DNA of 42,132 nucleotides from a virus (Duplodnaviria; Caudoviricetes), in IMG/VR virus record IMGVR_UViG_3300032076_000020, positions 1 to 42,132 of that record, one strand, 5' to 3'. This document shows, one piece after another, positions 27,319 through 35,529 of the stretch. Position numbers and translations under genes: made by a program. Positions within the stretch are counted from its first letter, which is position 1. Each line of letters begins with the position of its first letter. Below the pieces are notes generated by a model. The model had not been told where the DNA came from, made no database searches, and worked only from the letters and a program-made list of their open reading frames with translations.

Positions 27319-28074
27319 ATGACTGTCCAAAGTGAAGTATCTCGCGCAGACTACACCGGAAACGGGGCTACGACCTCTTTCCCTGTGCCGTTCTACTTCC
27401 TCCTCGATACCGACATCTCGGTCTTTTTGCAGGACAACAGCGTATACCCACCCAATATCCGCCCGCTGCTCCTTTCGGATGAATACGCGGTAATCGGGGC
27501 CGGCAGCGGGACTGGCGGTTCGATAACGCTGATACCGTCGCTCACGTTTCCCATTCCGAGCGCGCAGCAAAAGCTTACCATCACGCGCAGCGTTTCTTTT
27601 ACCCAGCTTCGCGAGTACGTTCCTAACGATCCGTTTCCAGCCGCAAGCCATGAACAGGCACTCGACAAGCTGACGATGGGTGTCCAGCAGCTCAGGGAGC
27701 AGGTTGACCGGGCAATCAAGATTCCCGTCACGGACTCATCGACCGAAACGCAATTGGCGGATGCGGCGACCCGCGCCGGGAAAATGTTGGTGTTTGATGC
27801 AAACGGAAACCTGTCGCTGATGGCACCGGCTCCAGGCCGCGGCGTTCCTGGTCCGCAGGTAGCGGCTGGAGTAGTGGACGGCAGCAATAACGTCTTCACC
27901 TTCCTGGCCTCGTCCGGATCTCCTCCAGTTCCGATGGTATTTGCCGGGGGTGTTTTCCAGACACCGTCTGTCGATTATTTAATCCCGGTGGTAAATGTCG
28001 GCGGCAGCGTATGGCAGATCACCTTTATTAGCGCTCCCATCAATGGACCGATCACCGTAGCGTTGTTTGCGTAG
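27319..28074 (+). CDS. Short tail fibre / adaptor with T7 gp17-like N-terminal anchor domain
   Basis: YTGNGATTSFPVPF...TITR...FPAASHEQALDKLTM..QQL; C-terminal DGSNNVFT...Q.PSVDY...ITFISAP domain. Confidence 0.85.
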   Translation: MTVQSEVSRADYTGNGATTSFPVPFYFLLDTDISVFLQDNSVYPPNIRPLLLSDEYAVIGAGSGTGGSITLIPSLTFPIPSAQQKLTITRSVSFTQLREYVPNDPFPAASHEQALDKLTMGVQQLREQVDRAIKIPVTDSSTETQLADAATRAGKMLVFDANGNLSLMAPAPGRGVPGPQVAAGVVDGSNNVFTFLASSGSPPVPMVFAGGVFQTPSVDYLIPVVNVGGSVWQITFISAPINGPITVALFA

Positions 28075-28082
28075 GGAGGATC

Positions 28083-29876
28083 ATGAAAAAGTCAGGACTC
28101 ATTTTTGTACTCGTTACTGCGGTAATGGCAACAGCGCAGACACCGCAATACTTGCCTAAATCTGGCGGATTATTGAACGGTCCACTTACCTCCGCGTCTT
28201 ACGCGCTCGGCGCGAATGAATCAAACACACCCTGGTCGGGCGTATTTCAGTCGGCGGCATCTGCTCCGGTAACGCTGCTCGTGCTGGGAGACTCCATCAG
28301 CCAAGGCTCAGGAGCGACTCCATCCAATGAAAGCGGATGGGCGAACCAGTTGCAGTTATATGGCGACTTGCAGCGCGCATTCCCCGGTGTGACGCCCAAC
28401 TATTACAGCAACAAGGGCGGCATGTGCATGATGATGAACGGCGGAAATTCCAGCTGCAGTCCGAGCACAACGGGAACCTGGACTGGAGTCCCCGGAGCGA
28501 TCTATCAAGCCTCACCGACGCTAATCTATAGCATCGGCAAAGCGACCGCGTCAGCGACGGCCTGTCTGCCTACATACACGACTACTTGGGTCGATACGGT
28601 GACGCTTTATTACTACACCTATACGAACAGCGCTGCCTGGACGGTTACTGTAGACGGCAGCACAGTGGGAACCTACGGCGGTAGTACGACCGGGTCGCTT
28701 ACGCCCGCCGCTGCGGTAACCGTAACGCTGACGCCGAACGGAACGGGGCATACTGTTTGCGCTGTCGCGCCTGCTTCCGGCTATCTCTATTTGTTTGGAT
28801 TCAACATAACGGCGGGAACAACGGGCGTCAGGTTGTGGAACGCCTCGATTGCTGGAGCCGCTACTTCCGCATATAGCTATGACACGAGTTGGATGACCTG
28901 GTTACCGGCGAAGGTTTCCTCACTGATCGCGCTTGGACAAAACGATGGGTGGTCCAGCACTTCCGCGATCACGGCTAACCTCAACACAATCGTGACTGCG
29001 TTAATGGCGAAGAATATCCCTGTGGGCGGTATCATCTCCGAACCGCCAAGTGGACAGACGACAGCGATGGACTCAGTGGTCAACGGGGTGACTCAGTGGT
29101 ATCAGTCCAAGGGCATTCCCGTCGTTAGTGTCTGGAATAAATGGGGAACCTACACAGCCGGAAACACTCAGGGCCTCTATTTGGACACGATTCACCCGAC
29201 AACACTTGGGCACACAGATATAAAGACGCAGGTAGAGGGAGCATTACTACCGGGGTTGGGCGCTGCGATCGCCACAAATTCGACGCCGACGCTCATCAAT
29301 ATGACTCCGTCCACAACGATGATCTGGCAGGGACTAATTCCGATATGGAAATGGTCATGGCCGGGCGTGGGATCATTGCAGCTCCAGATTCTTGGAAACG
29401 GTTCGAGTAACTTGACCGCTTCGGCTGGCCTTCAGATCAACACCGATGGTTTTAGTCTTTACAGGGCTGATGGGACCACGCAAAGACTCTATCAAGATGC
29501 AAACGGAAATTTGACGTTGTACGGAACCGGTCCCGCACCGAACCTTACGCTTAATAGCTCTTACGGAACCTTCACTCAGCAGATTCTCGGAAACGGCATG
29601 ACGCAGCTAACCAGCGGCGGCAATGGAATCGCTTTTGTTTACAGCGATGGCCAGAAAATGTCGTTTACAGCGGGGAATCTGTGGGTCGGAACAGGCGGAT
29701 CGTACAACACCCCGGCCTACCTGCTGACCGTTGGTACCGGCAACTCCTACGGCATCGATAACAGCGGCAACGTACACATGACCGGCTACTACTCGGGAGC
29801 CACGGCGGGCGTGACCTGCACCGGAACCCCGACTGCTAGCTTTGCTTCCATTCTCGGAATCGTCACACATTGCTAA
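28083..29876 (+). CDS. SGNH/GDSL hydrolase-containing tailspike-like protein with N-terminal signal peptide
   Basis: GDSI (block I), NASIAG (II), GQND (III), DTIHP (V); YLPKSGGLLNGPL fibre motif; MKK-hydrophobic-ATA|Q N-terminus. Confidence 0.8.
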   Translation: MKKSGLIFVLVTAVMATAQTPQYLPKSGGLLNGPLTSASYALGANESNTPWSGVFQSAASAPVTLLVLGDSISQGSGATPSNESGWANQLQLYGDLQRAFPGVTPNYYSNKGGMCMMMNGGNSSCSPSTTGTWTGVPGAIYQASPTLIYSIGKATASATACLPTYTTTWVDTVTLYYYTYTNSAAWTVTVDGSTVGTYGGSTTGSLTPAAAVTVTLTPNGTGHTVCAVAPASGYLYLFGFNITAGTTGVRLWNASIAGAATSAYSYDTSWMTWLPAKVSSLIALGQNDGWSSTSAITANLNTIVTALMAKNIPVGGIISEPPSGQTTAMDSVVNGVTQWYQSKGIPVVSVWNKWGTYTAGNTQGLYLDTIHPTTLGHTDIKTQVEGALLPGLGAAIATNSTPTLINMTPSTTMIWQGLIPIWKWSWPGVGSLQLQILGNGSSNLTASAGLQINTDGFSLYRADGTTQRLYQDANGNLTLYGTGPAPNLTLNSSYGTFTQQILGNGMTQLTSGGNGIAFVYSDGQKMSFTAGNLWVGTGGSYNTPAYLLTVGTGNSYGIDNSGNVHMTGYYSGATAGVTCTGTPTASFASILGIVTHC

Positions 29877-29888
29877 AGGAGCATCATT

Positions 29889-30170
29889 TTGAAACTCGCA
29901 ATCGCATTGCTTGTGATGGCATCGACTGCTTTAGCCCAGGACAACGCGCCGAAGCCGCCTCAAATCACAGACGCGCAGAGAGCGCAATATTGGCGGGCGC
30001 AGGCCGAGGTGCTGGCTGCGCAGACAGCAGCCCAACGTGCAGCTCAAGCGTTCGAGGTTACGCTCAAGGGGCTTCAGGAATATTGCGGCCCAACGCAGGA
30101 ACTGCAATCAGTCAACGGCGAGCCATTTTGCAAGCTGAAGAAAACCGAAGCCAGCAGTGCCGCTCGCTGA
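29889..30170 (+). CDS. Small secreted helical protein with two Cys
   Basis: MKLAIALLVMASTALA|QD signal peptide; AAGGAG RBS with TTG start. Confidence 0.7.
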   Translation: MKLAIALLVMASTALAQDNAPKPPQITDAQRAQYWRAQAEVLAAQTAAQRAAQAFEVTLKGLQEYCGPTQELQSVNGEPFCKLKKTEASSAAR

Positions 30171-30187
30171 TTCGAGGATGGCGTGAG

Positions 30188-31330
30188 TCACGCCAACAGC
30201 TTCGGCTCGATATGACTGGCCACCAGGTTAATAGCCTCGGTGGCCGAGTCTTCCATCAGCCAGGCGTAAACCTTCGTGGTCTGAGCGTTGGTGTGGCCCA
30301 GCATCTGCATCACCTGTTCCAGCGACACCATTCCTGTTGAGAGCGCCACGCTGGCGAACGTCCTGCGCAGATCGTGCAGATGGAGATCGGGGAGATTCTC
30401 CTCTCGGCAGATCGTGTGCCAGAGCGTCTTCGGTGTCTGGATGCCGGTGATGGTTCCGTTGGTTCGCGGAAGATAGGTGTGGATCAGTTCGAGTGCCGGT
30501 GGCGGCAGGTAGATGATCCTGGCATAGCCACCGTCATCGGTCTTGTGCTCATCGAGCAGGATCCGATTGCCGTGAATGTTGTCCCAGCGTGTATGCGCGA
30601 TCTCGCTCTTGCGAGCCCCGGTAAACAGCAGCAGCAGAATGAATGCAGCTCCAGCGGTGTGCTGCCCGTCCAGATCCTTCCGCAGCCGCGTCACCATGCG
30701 CGCCAGTTCCTCACGGCTGGCCTTGCGCCTGCGCTTCGTCTCCTTGTTACGGCGAACTCCCTTGCACGGGTTGCTGCCTTCAAACCATTGCAGTGGCCGA
30801 TGCGCAAAGTTGAACATTACGGACAATTCGGCAAGCACCTGGTTGGCTTCGATCGGGCCGTGGTCTTTGGTTACGGCTTCGTGGAAGTTGCACACGTGGG
30901 GAAACTGGACCGACGATATCTTCTCCCTGCCGAACTCAGGTTCGATCAGATTCGCCCAACGGCGCCGGTACTCTGGCGCGGACTTGTTCCTGCTGGCATG
31001 ACGCTTCCAGAACTCAACCCACAGATCTGCCATGGTGGGCTCGTCCCTCTTGCCTTCCAGAACGGCCACCGGATCGCCGCCGAGAGCGACATCAGCCAGC
31101 ATCTTTTTGGCAGTAGCACGTGCCTGGGTGAGAGTGATTATTCCGTAATCTCCAAGCTTCGGCCGGCGTTCTTTTCGACTCTTGGTGCGAAAATAAAGGT
31201 AGAAGGATTTCCGCTTTGTGAAGACATGCAGACTTAGCCCGGGGACGGTTTCGTCGCGCAGAATGTCGCCTGGTTTTGCGTCTTTGACGCGAGCCTCTGA
31301 TAAAAATTTAGTGGACTTCGCTAGTCGCAT
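30188..31330 (-). CDS. int: Tyrosine integrase with N-terminal arm-binding domain
   Basis: RDETVPGL...LGDYGIITLTQAR arm domain; TGARKSE, HDLRRT, LGH, VY catalytic residues. Confidence 0.95.
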   Translation of the reverse strand: MRLAKSTKFLSEARVKDAKPGDILRDETVPGLSLHVFTKRKSFYLYFRTKSRKERRPKLGDYGIITLTQARATAKKMLADVALGGDPVAVLEGKRDEPTMADLWVEFWKRHASRNKSAPEYRRRWANLIEPEFGREKISSVQFPHVCNFHEAVTKDHGPIEANQVLAELSVMFNFAHRPLQWFEGSNPCKGVRRNKETKRRRKASREELARMVTRLRKDLDGQHTAGAAFILLLLFTGARKSEIAHTRWDNIHGNRILLDEHKTDDGGYARIIYLPPPALELIHTYLPRTNGTITGIQTPKTLWHTICREENLPDLHLHDLRRTFASVALSTGMVSLEQVMQMLGHTNAQTTKVYAWLMEDSATEAINLVASHIEPKLLA

Positions 31331-31557
31331 ATTGGTCGCACTCGGGCTCGCTAGTCGCAAATCTGTCGCTGTCGAGGATGAATTCACGTGATCCTCCTAG
31401 TTGCTAAGTGATTGAAATTATTACGAACGTGATTATGCGTGAAGGGGCGTGAACATGTCAAGTATGAAACTGAATGAGATGCAAACTTTAGTTTAACTCT
31501 TTTGTTTTAAGATATTTAGAGTATTTCGATTTTCACACTGGTCGCACATTGGTCGCA
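31321..31557. other. attP region
   Basis: Five YTRGTCGCA arm-type repeats (31321, 31332, 31351, 31538, 31549) flanking an AT-rich spacer next to int. Confidence 0.75.
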
Positions 31558-31562
31558 GCGGA

Positions 31563-32579
31563 TTACCTCAAATGTGCTACAGCTTCACCAATCGACCAGA
31601 ACGGGACCATCTTGTGCTCGTCCGGATAGAGAACGATGCACGGGTACGCCGGGATGGTGAGCAGGCTGAAGTGGCGCTGGCCGTAGCCCGAGTGCGTATG
31701 CAGGCTGCCGGTGGTAATGGCAACGTGCATCTTGCCGCCTTCGTGGTACATGTCCAACTCTGGCGTATGCAGATCGCCCTGCAGAACGATATCCCTGTCC
31801 GGTGCTTCCATCCGGATGTAGCGCTTCGGGCCATGGACGCGCGAGTACATCGAGTTGCCGGCGAACTTGTGGTTCGACGCTACCTTGTATTCCTGCTTCC
31901 CTACTTTCAGCCGAACGTGTGCCAGGCCGTTGAAGTAGGTGGCGTGGCGACTGATCAGGTTCTTCAGAACGCTCGAGCCCGCAAGCTTTTCCTGGCGTTC
32001 AATACCGTGGTTGCTCCAGCCAGCCCACGCGATCTTGTGGTCAACTTCGCGGATCCACGCTTCGATGAATCGCTCTTGAATTTCAGGAGTGAAGATCTGT
32101 GATGTAACCTCGAGCACGCTGCGCAGCCTGATGGCGTGTTCTGTCTCGTCACCGAGCATCACCATGTAGAGGTTCGGTGTGTTGACGATCTCGTCGGTTA
32201 TCTTGCAGAACAGACTGTAGTCGCAGCCCCATGCGCCAATGTGCTGGTCAGAAAACGTAGCCAGGATGATGGGCTTGCCGTCGCCGAGTTCGAATACCGC
32301 TTCTTCGTTCTGAGTGCGCGAGCCTTTTGCTTTAAGCTTCTGACCGTGCTGCGCCCATTCTGCCCATTCACGCCAGTCGAACTCTGCCTGCTTATGATTG
32401 ACTGGAGTTACTATCGGGCGATCAAGTGGTCTGAATGCGCCTATCTTCGCGTACCTGTCAACGGTGGAAGGGTGAAGGCCGAGCACTGCGGCTATCGAAC
32501 GGTGGCTGCGCCCTTGAGCCAACATGGAACGCACGTTTTCCTGAAGGTCGGTAGAAATTCTATGCCCTTGATCGGCCAA
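31563..32579 (-). CDS. HTH fused to a calcineurin-like metallophosphoesterase
   Basis: N-terminal SHRSIAAVLGLHPSTVDRY; SDQH, GD, SNH, NH, GDLH metal motifs; GGAGG RBS. Confidence 0.8.
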   Translation of the reverse strand: MADQGHRISTDLQENVRSMLAQGRSHRSIAAVLGLHPSTVDRYAKIGAFRPLDRPIVTPVNHKQAEFDWREWAEWAQHGQKLKAKGSRTQNEEAVFELGDGKPIILATFSDQHIGAWGCDYSLFCKITDEIVNTPNLYMVMLGDETEHAIRLRSVLEVTSQIFTPEIQERFIEAWIREVDHKIAWAGWSNHGIERQEKLAGSSVLKNLISRHATYFNGLAHVRLKVGKQEYKVASNHKFAGNSMYSRVHGPKRYIRMEAPDRDIVLQGDLHTPELDMYHEGGKMHVAITTGSLHTHSGYGQRHFSLLTIPAYPCIVLYPDEHKMVPFWSIGEAVAHLR

Positions 32580-32591
32580 TGTTCCTCCGGT

Positions 32592-32744
32592 CTACAGCTT
32601 TTCGATGAACTTCTCCGCTCCTGTTTTGATCGCTTCCTTCTCGGAGGCAACCTTGGCGTTAACACTGTCCGAGTACTTAACGCCGCAGTAAAACACCACT
32701 GCGTACGAGATCAGGAGCAAGCAGGCGATGCCGATGATATTCAT
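32592..32744 (-). CDS. 50-aa single-TM protein in the lysis cassette (not in ORF track)
   Basis: MNIIGIACLLLISYAVVFYCGVKYSDSVNAKVASEKEAIKTGAEKFIEKL; AAGGAGG RBS. Confidence 0.7.
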   Translation of the reverse strand: MNIIGIACLLLISYAVVFYCGVKYSDSVNAKVASEKEAIKTGAEKFIEKL

Positions 32745-32753
32745 GGTTCCTCC

Positions 32754-33269
32754 TTACGATTTGGCTGTCATTGCGTCGTGGGCCGCCGAAGATCCGAAGT
32801 AGTAGCTCACCACCTGAATCCATGCGGTCCCAAGAGAACCGACCATGATGTCGATGATCTTTTCCGAAGATGTGGGCATGACGTGGAAGATCATCAACGC
32901 TAGCAATCCAAAGAAACCGAGCGTGATGCTTATAGAGAGGATGGCAGGAAGACGGTCGCGCAGGGTCGTCTCCCTCTGGCGCGCATTGGCACGATCTTCG
33001 GCTGCGATCTTTTCTACGTCTTCCGCATATTGGAAGCCCATGGCCCGCATCTTTTCAGCGAAGTCATTATCCGCTTGCTTGAGCGCGAGGATCTGGTCCG
33101 GAGTTGCGCCAGCCACTGCTTCGGCAATCGCATCTGAGGTGGACGCTACGGGCTTGCCTACTGCCTTCGACACAGCATCGGAAGCCAGGGAGACAAGGGC
33201 CGGCACGTTGCCGGATGCCGCGGCGCCGATCCACGGGAGAATGGTTTTAACGAATCCGCCTACGTTCAT
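32754..33269 (-). CDS. Holin-like membrane protein
   Basis: DRANARQRE followed by two TM segments ending VVSYYFGSS; downstream of the endolysin. Confidence 0.7.
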   Translation of the reverse strand: MNVGGFVKTILPWIGAAASGNVPALVSLASDAVSKAVGKPVASTSDAIAEAVAGATPDQILALKQADNDFAEKMRAMGFQYAEDVEKIAAEDRANARQRETTLRDRLPAILSISITLGFFGLLALMIFHVMPTSSEKIIDIMVGSLGTAWIQVVSYYFGSSAAHDAMTAKS

Positions 33270-33280
33270 GATCCCTCTCC

Positions 33281-33391
33281 TTACTGGTTCCAACCCTTCT
33301 TTTCGATCTGGCGCAGAAACAACCCGATAAGAATCCCGACTGCGACCAGTATCCCAACGAATACGATTCCGATGATCTTGAGGACTGCCAT
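33281..33391 (-). CDS. 36-aa single-TM peptide in the lysis cassette (not in ORF track)
   Basis: MAVLKIIGIVFVGILVAVGILIGLFLRQIEKKGWNQ; AAGGA RBS. Confidence 0.65.
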   Translation of the reverse strand: MAVLKIIGIVFVGILVAVGILIGLFLRQIEKKGWNQ

Positions 33392-33403
33392 GGGATCCTT
33401 CCT

Positions 33404-33880
33404 TTACGCTTCAATCAGCGTTGAGTGATGATCGAGCAATGCCTTCATGGTCTTGCCGCCCTGGCCGTAGTTGTTGCCTGGCAGCGATGCCCAGACGTTG
33501 GAGCACGCGCGGATCGCCTGGTCAGTCTGACTGTTGGCGATAAGTGGCAGGGCTCCACGCTCTTTGATCTGCTGGAGTGCAACAGCATCCTGCGATGCCG
33601 GCGAGAAGTCGATGAGCCCAAGTTGCTCCCGGTAGATTTTCCAGTAGCGCAGCAGAAGCTGGTATCGGCCGGCGGCAGTCGAGGTCAGCAGCGGATTCCT
33701 GCGAATGACCTGCGGTTCCCTGCCTGCGGCAAACGGGTGATTGGCGAAGCTCGAGAAGACTTCCTGCCCGCGCACTCCGGTAACGATCACATCGTAGCCA
33801 TTCCACTTCGTCAGCGGATGCGTGCTGGTCCCTTCCGACCAGGCGATGAGATCGAGGAATGCTTTCTGTTTAGGGTCCAC
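33404..33880 (-). CDS. Endolysin, lambda R-like transglycosylase (GH104)
   Basis: KAFLDLIAWSEGT, STAAGRYQ, DFSPASQD, WASLPG..YGQ. Confidence 0.92.
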   Translation of the reverse strand: MDPKQKAFLDLIAWSEGTSTHPLTKWNGYDVIVTGVRGQEVFSSFANHPFAAGREPQVIRRNPLLTSTAAGRYQLLLRYWKIYREQLGLIDFSPASQDAVALQQIKERGALPLIANSQTDQAIRACSNVWASLPGNNYGQGGKTMKALLDHHSTLIEA

Positions 33881-33881
33881 A

Positions 33882-34091
33882 CTATTTCCGATCGATACCG
33901 AGCCTTCCCTCGACGTGGGAGATTCGGCCTTCATGGTCGGTATGGCCGCCCTGCAGTTCCTTCACATCCGACTGCACGGCTTTGACCCATCCGACCAGGT
34001 CGCTCAACTGCTGTTTCATCATTGCCAGGATGGCTACACCAATGATTGCCTCGACAGCGATACTTAACCAAAACTGTCCGGAAAGGTCCAC
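33882..34091 (-). CDS. Small TM plus coiled-coil protein upstream of the endolysin (holin-like)
   Basis: FWLSIAVEAIIGVAILAMM TM segment; HEGRISHVEG tail. Confidence 0.65.
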   Translation of the reverse strand: MDLSGQFWLSIAVEAIIGVAILAMMKQQLSDLVGWVKAVQSDVKELQGGHTDHEGRISHVEGRLGIDRK

Positions 34092-34156
34092 CGTCGATCC
34101 CCCATCCTATGGCGAATTCAGCAACGTGTTGGCATATCAACACTATTGTCCCGTGA

Positions 34157-34387
34157 TTAAACCTTAGAGTCAACAGTGCTTTCCGCGGTACTCGAGTATG
34201 TGAAGCGCTGCTCGAATGCGGCCAGTTCCGTTTCGGGGTAAAGCACGCGACGGCCGAACTTGATGTAACGCGGGCCGCCACCGGCTGTACGCCAGTTGGC
34301 CAGCGTCCCCTTGGATACTCTGAGCCTCTTGGCTGCTTCTTCCGCTAACAGATTCACTGTTGTGTTTGCTCCTTCACGTTGGTTCAC
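34157..34387 (-). CDS. xis: Excisionase-like HTH_17 protein
   Basis: LLAEEAAKRLRVSKGTLANWRTAGGGPRYIKFGRRVLY. Confidence 0.8.
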   Translation of the reverse strand: MNQREGANTTVNLLAEEAAKRLRVSKGTLANWRTAGGGPRYIKFGRRVLYPETELAAFEQRFTYSSTAESTVDSKV

Positions 34388-35529
34388 TGCATCAGTCCTT
34401 TCAGGGCTACTGCTTCCTGGTAAGCGAGGATGAATTCTTTAGCCGCTTCAACGTTGATGGCGTTGCCGTAGGCGCGCAGGCGTCCCACTCTGGAGGCAGC
34501 CCCATGAGCCAGCGGGAATGTGCCGGGTTCAACTGGCCGCCACTTTCCATCCCTGCAGAAGAGCCAGTCAGCAGCTCGCCAGATACCGTTAACCGGGCCG
34601 GCTGCGATGTCAGGCACAGGTCTACACACTTCCTGCTGCTGTCTGTGTTGCCCGCTTCGTTGTAGCCGTTCTGTGCCGGCGTCCCGGCCATCGGTGTTGG
34701 CCACCCCGCCAGATGTGTAATCCTGCCCAGCGTATCGTTGCGCAACTTGCCATCCTTGCGCACCGAACTGTTGTCCAGGTTCCCCGTATCCTTCCAATCC
34801 CTTGTTGTTGTTGTTGGCCAACCACTCAACGCTGCTGCTGCTGGTAGTCTGTCCGTCCCCTGCGATGGGCCGCCGTGGGGTCCGTCCTGACTGCATGGTG
34901 TCGGCCATGACGCGAGTTGCACTGCGGTCCCCAGCTTCATCAGGCCAGGAATCTTGCGGCCCTCGTCCTTGTGCCGCTGCTTCCGTGCCAGCACCGTCTC
35001 CAAGCTTTCGCCAGTCTCGACTGCATTCGGAGTCGGCCAGCCAGTATGCTCTGTCTCGGATGTGCGGAGCACCGATGCCCGCAGACGGGAACGGGAGACA
35101 CCCGAAGGAGTAACCCAGCGCTTCCACGTCAGCTTGTACAAGGTCGATCCAAGTGTTCGCGTCCTTGCTCGCAACCTGCTCTCCAAGCACGACTGCAGGC
35201 TGGTGATAGGAAATGAGGTGGTTGAAGGACGGCCATAAGTGCCGCTCGTCAGAAGTCCCCGCTCTTTTGCCAGCCGCGGAGAAAGGTTGACAGGGACAAG
35301 AACCTGTCCACACGGGCTTATCATCCGGCCATCCTGCTCTGCGTAATGCAAGGGACCAGACTCCGACTCCTGCAAAGAAGTGACACTGGCTGTATCCATC
35401 AAGTTCTCCTGGCGTAATGTCTTCAATCGAACGCGAGTCAACAACACCGGGCGCAATGTGACCGGCATCTATCAGGTTGCGCAGCCACTGCGCTGCATAT
35501 GGATCTAACTCGTTATAGAAAGCCGTCAT
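34384..35529 (-). CDS. C5 cytosine DNA methyltransferase, alpha-type chain (motifs I-VIII and X)
   Basis: FFAGVG (I), GSCPCQPFS (IV), GEQV (VI), PHIRDR (VIII), LRAYGNAI (X); no motif IX seen in this frame. Confidence 0.9.
   Translation of the reverse strand: MTAFYNELDPYAAQWLRNLIDAGHIAPGVVDSRSIEDITPGELDGYSQCHFFAGVGVWSLALRRAGWPDDKPVWTGSCPCQPFSAAGKRAGTSDERHLWPSFNHLISYHQPAVVLGEQVASKDANTWIDLVQADVEALGYSFGCLPFPSAGIGAPHIRDRAYWLADSECSRDWRKLGDGAGTEAAAQGRGPQDSWPDEAGDRSATRVMADTMQSGRTPRRPIAGDGQTTSSSSVEWLANNNNKGLEGYGEPGQQFGAQGWQVAQRYAGQDYTSGGVANTDGRDAGTERLQRSGQHRQQQEVCRPVPDIAAGPVNGIWRAADWLFCRDGKWRPVEPGTFPLAHGAASRVGRLRAYGNAINVEAAKEFILAYQEAVALKGLMQ
34407..35399 (-). CDS. Nested alternative-frame methyltransferase beta-type chain (four WPTP modules plus motif IX)
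   Basis: 330-codon open frame inside the MTase gene; ATG at 35399 preceded by AGGAG; ends with [15 protein letters not shown]. Confidence 0.8.
   Translation of the reverse strand: MDTASVTSLQESESGPLHYAEQDGRMISPCGQVLVPVNLSPRLAKERGLLTSGTYGRPSTTSFPITSLQSCLESRLRARTRTLGSTLYKLTWKRWVTPSGVSRSRLRASVLRTSETEHTGWPTPNAVETGESLETVLARKQRHKDEGRKIPGLMKLGTAVQLASWPTPCSQDGPHGGPSQGTDRLPAAAALSGWPTTTTRDWKDTGNLDNSSVRKDGKLRNDTLGRITHLAGWPTPMAGTPAQNGYNEAGNTDSSRKCVDLCLTSQPARLTVSGELLTGSSAGMESGGQLNPAHSRWLMGLPPEWDACAPTATPSTLKRLKNSSSLTRKQ

Noticed and set aside
27319-30170. Diversity-generating retroelement, as in BPP-1-like phages
   Set aside because: No reverse transcriptase ORF and no TR/VR repeat pair seen
31455-31480. 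CAGTTTCATAC (minus strand) as a tRNA-Met anticodon-loop att core
   Set aside because: Too short and no flanking tRNA arm is present; cannot be supported without a host match. No tRNA genes were recognised in the window
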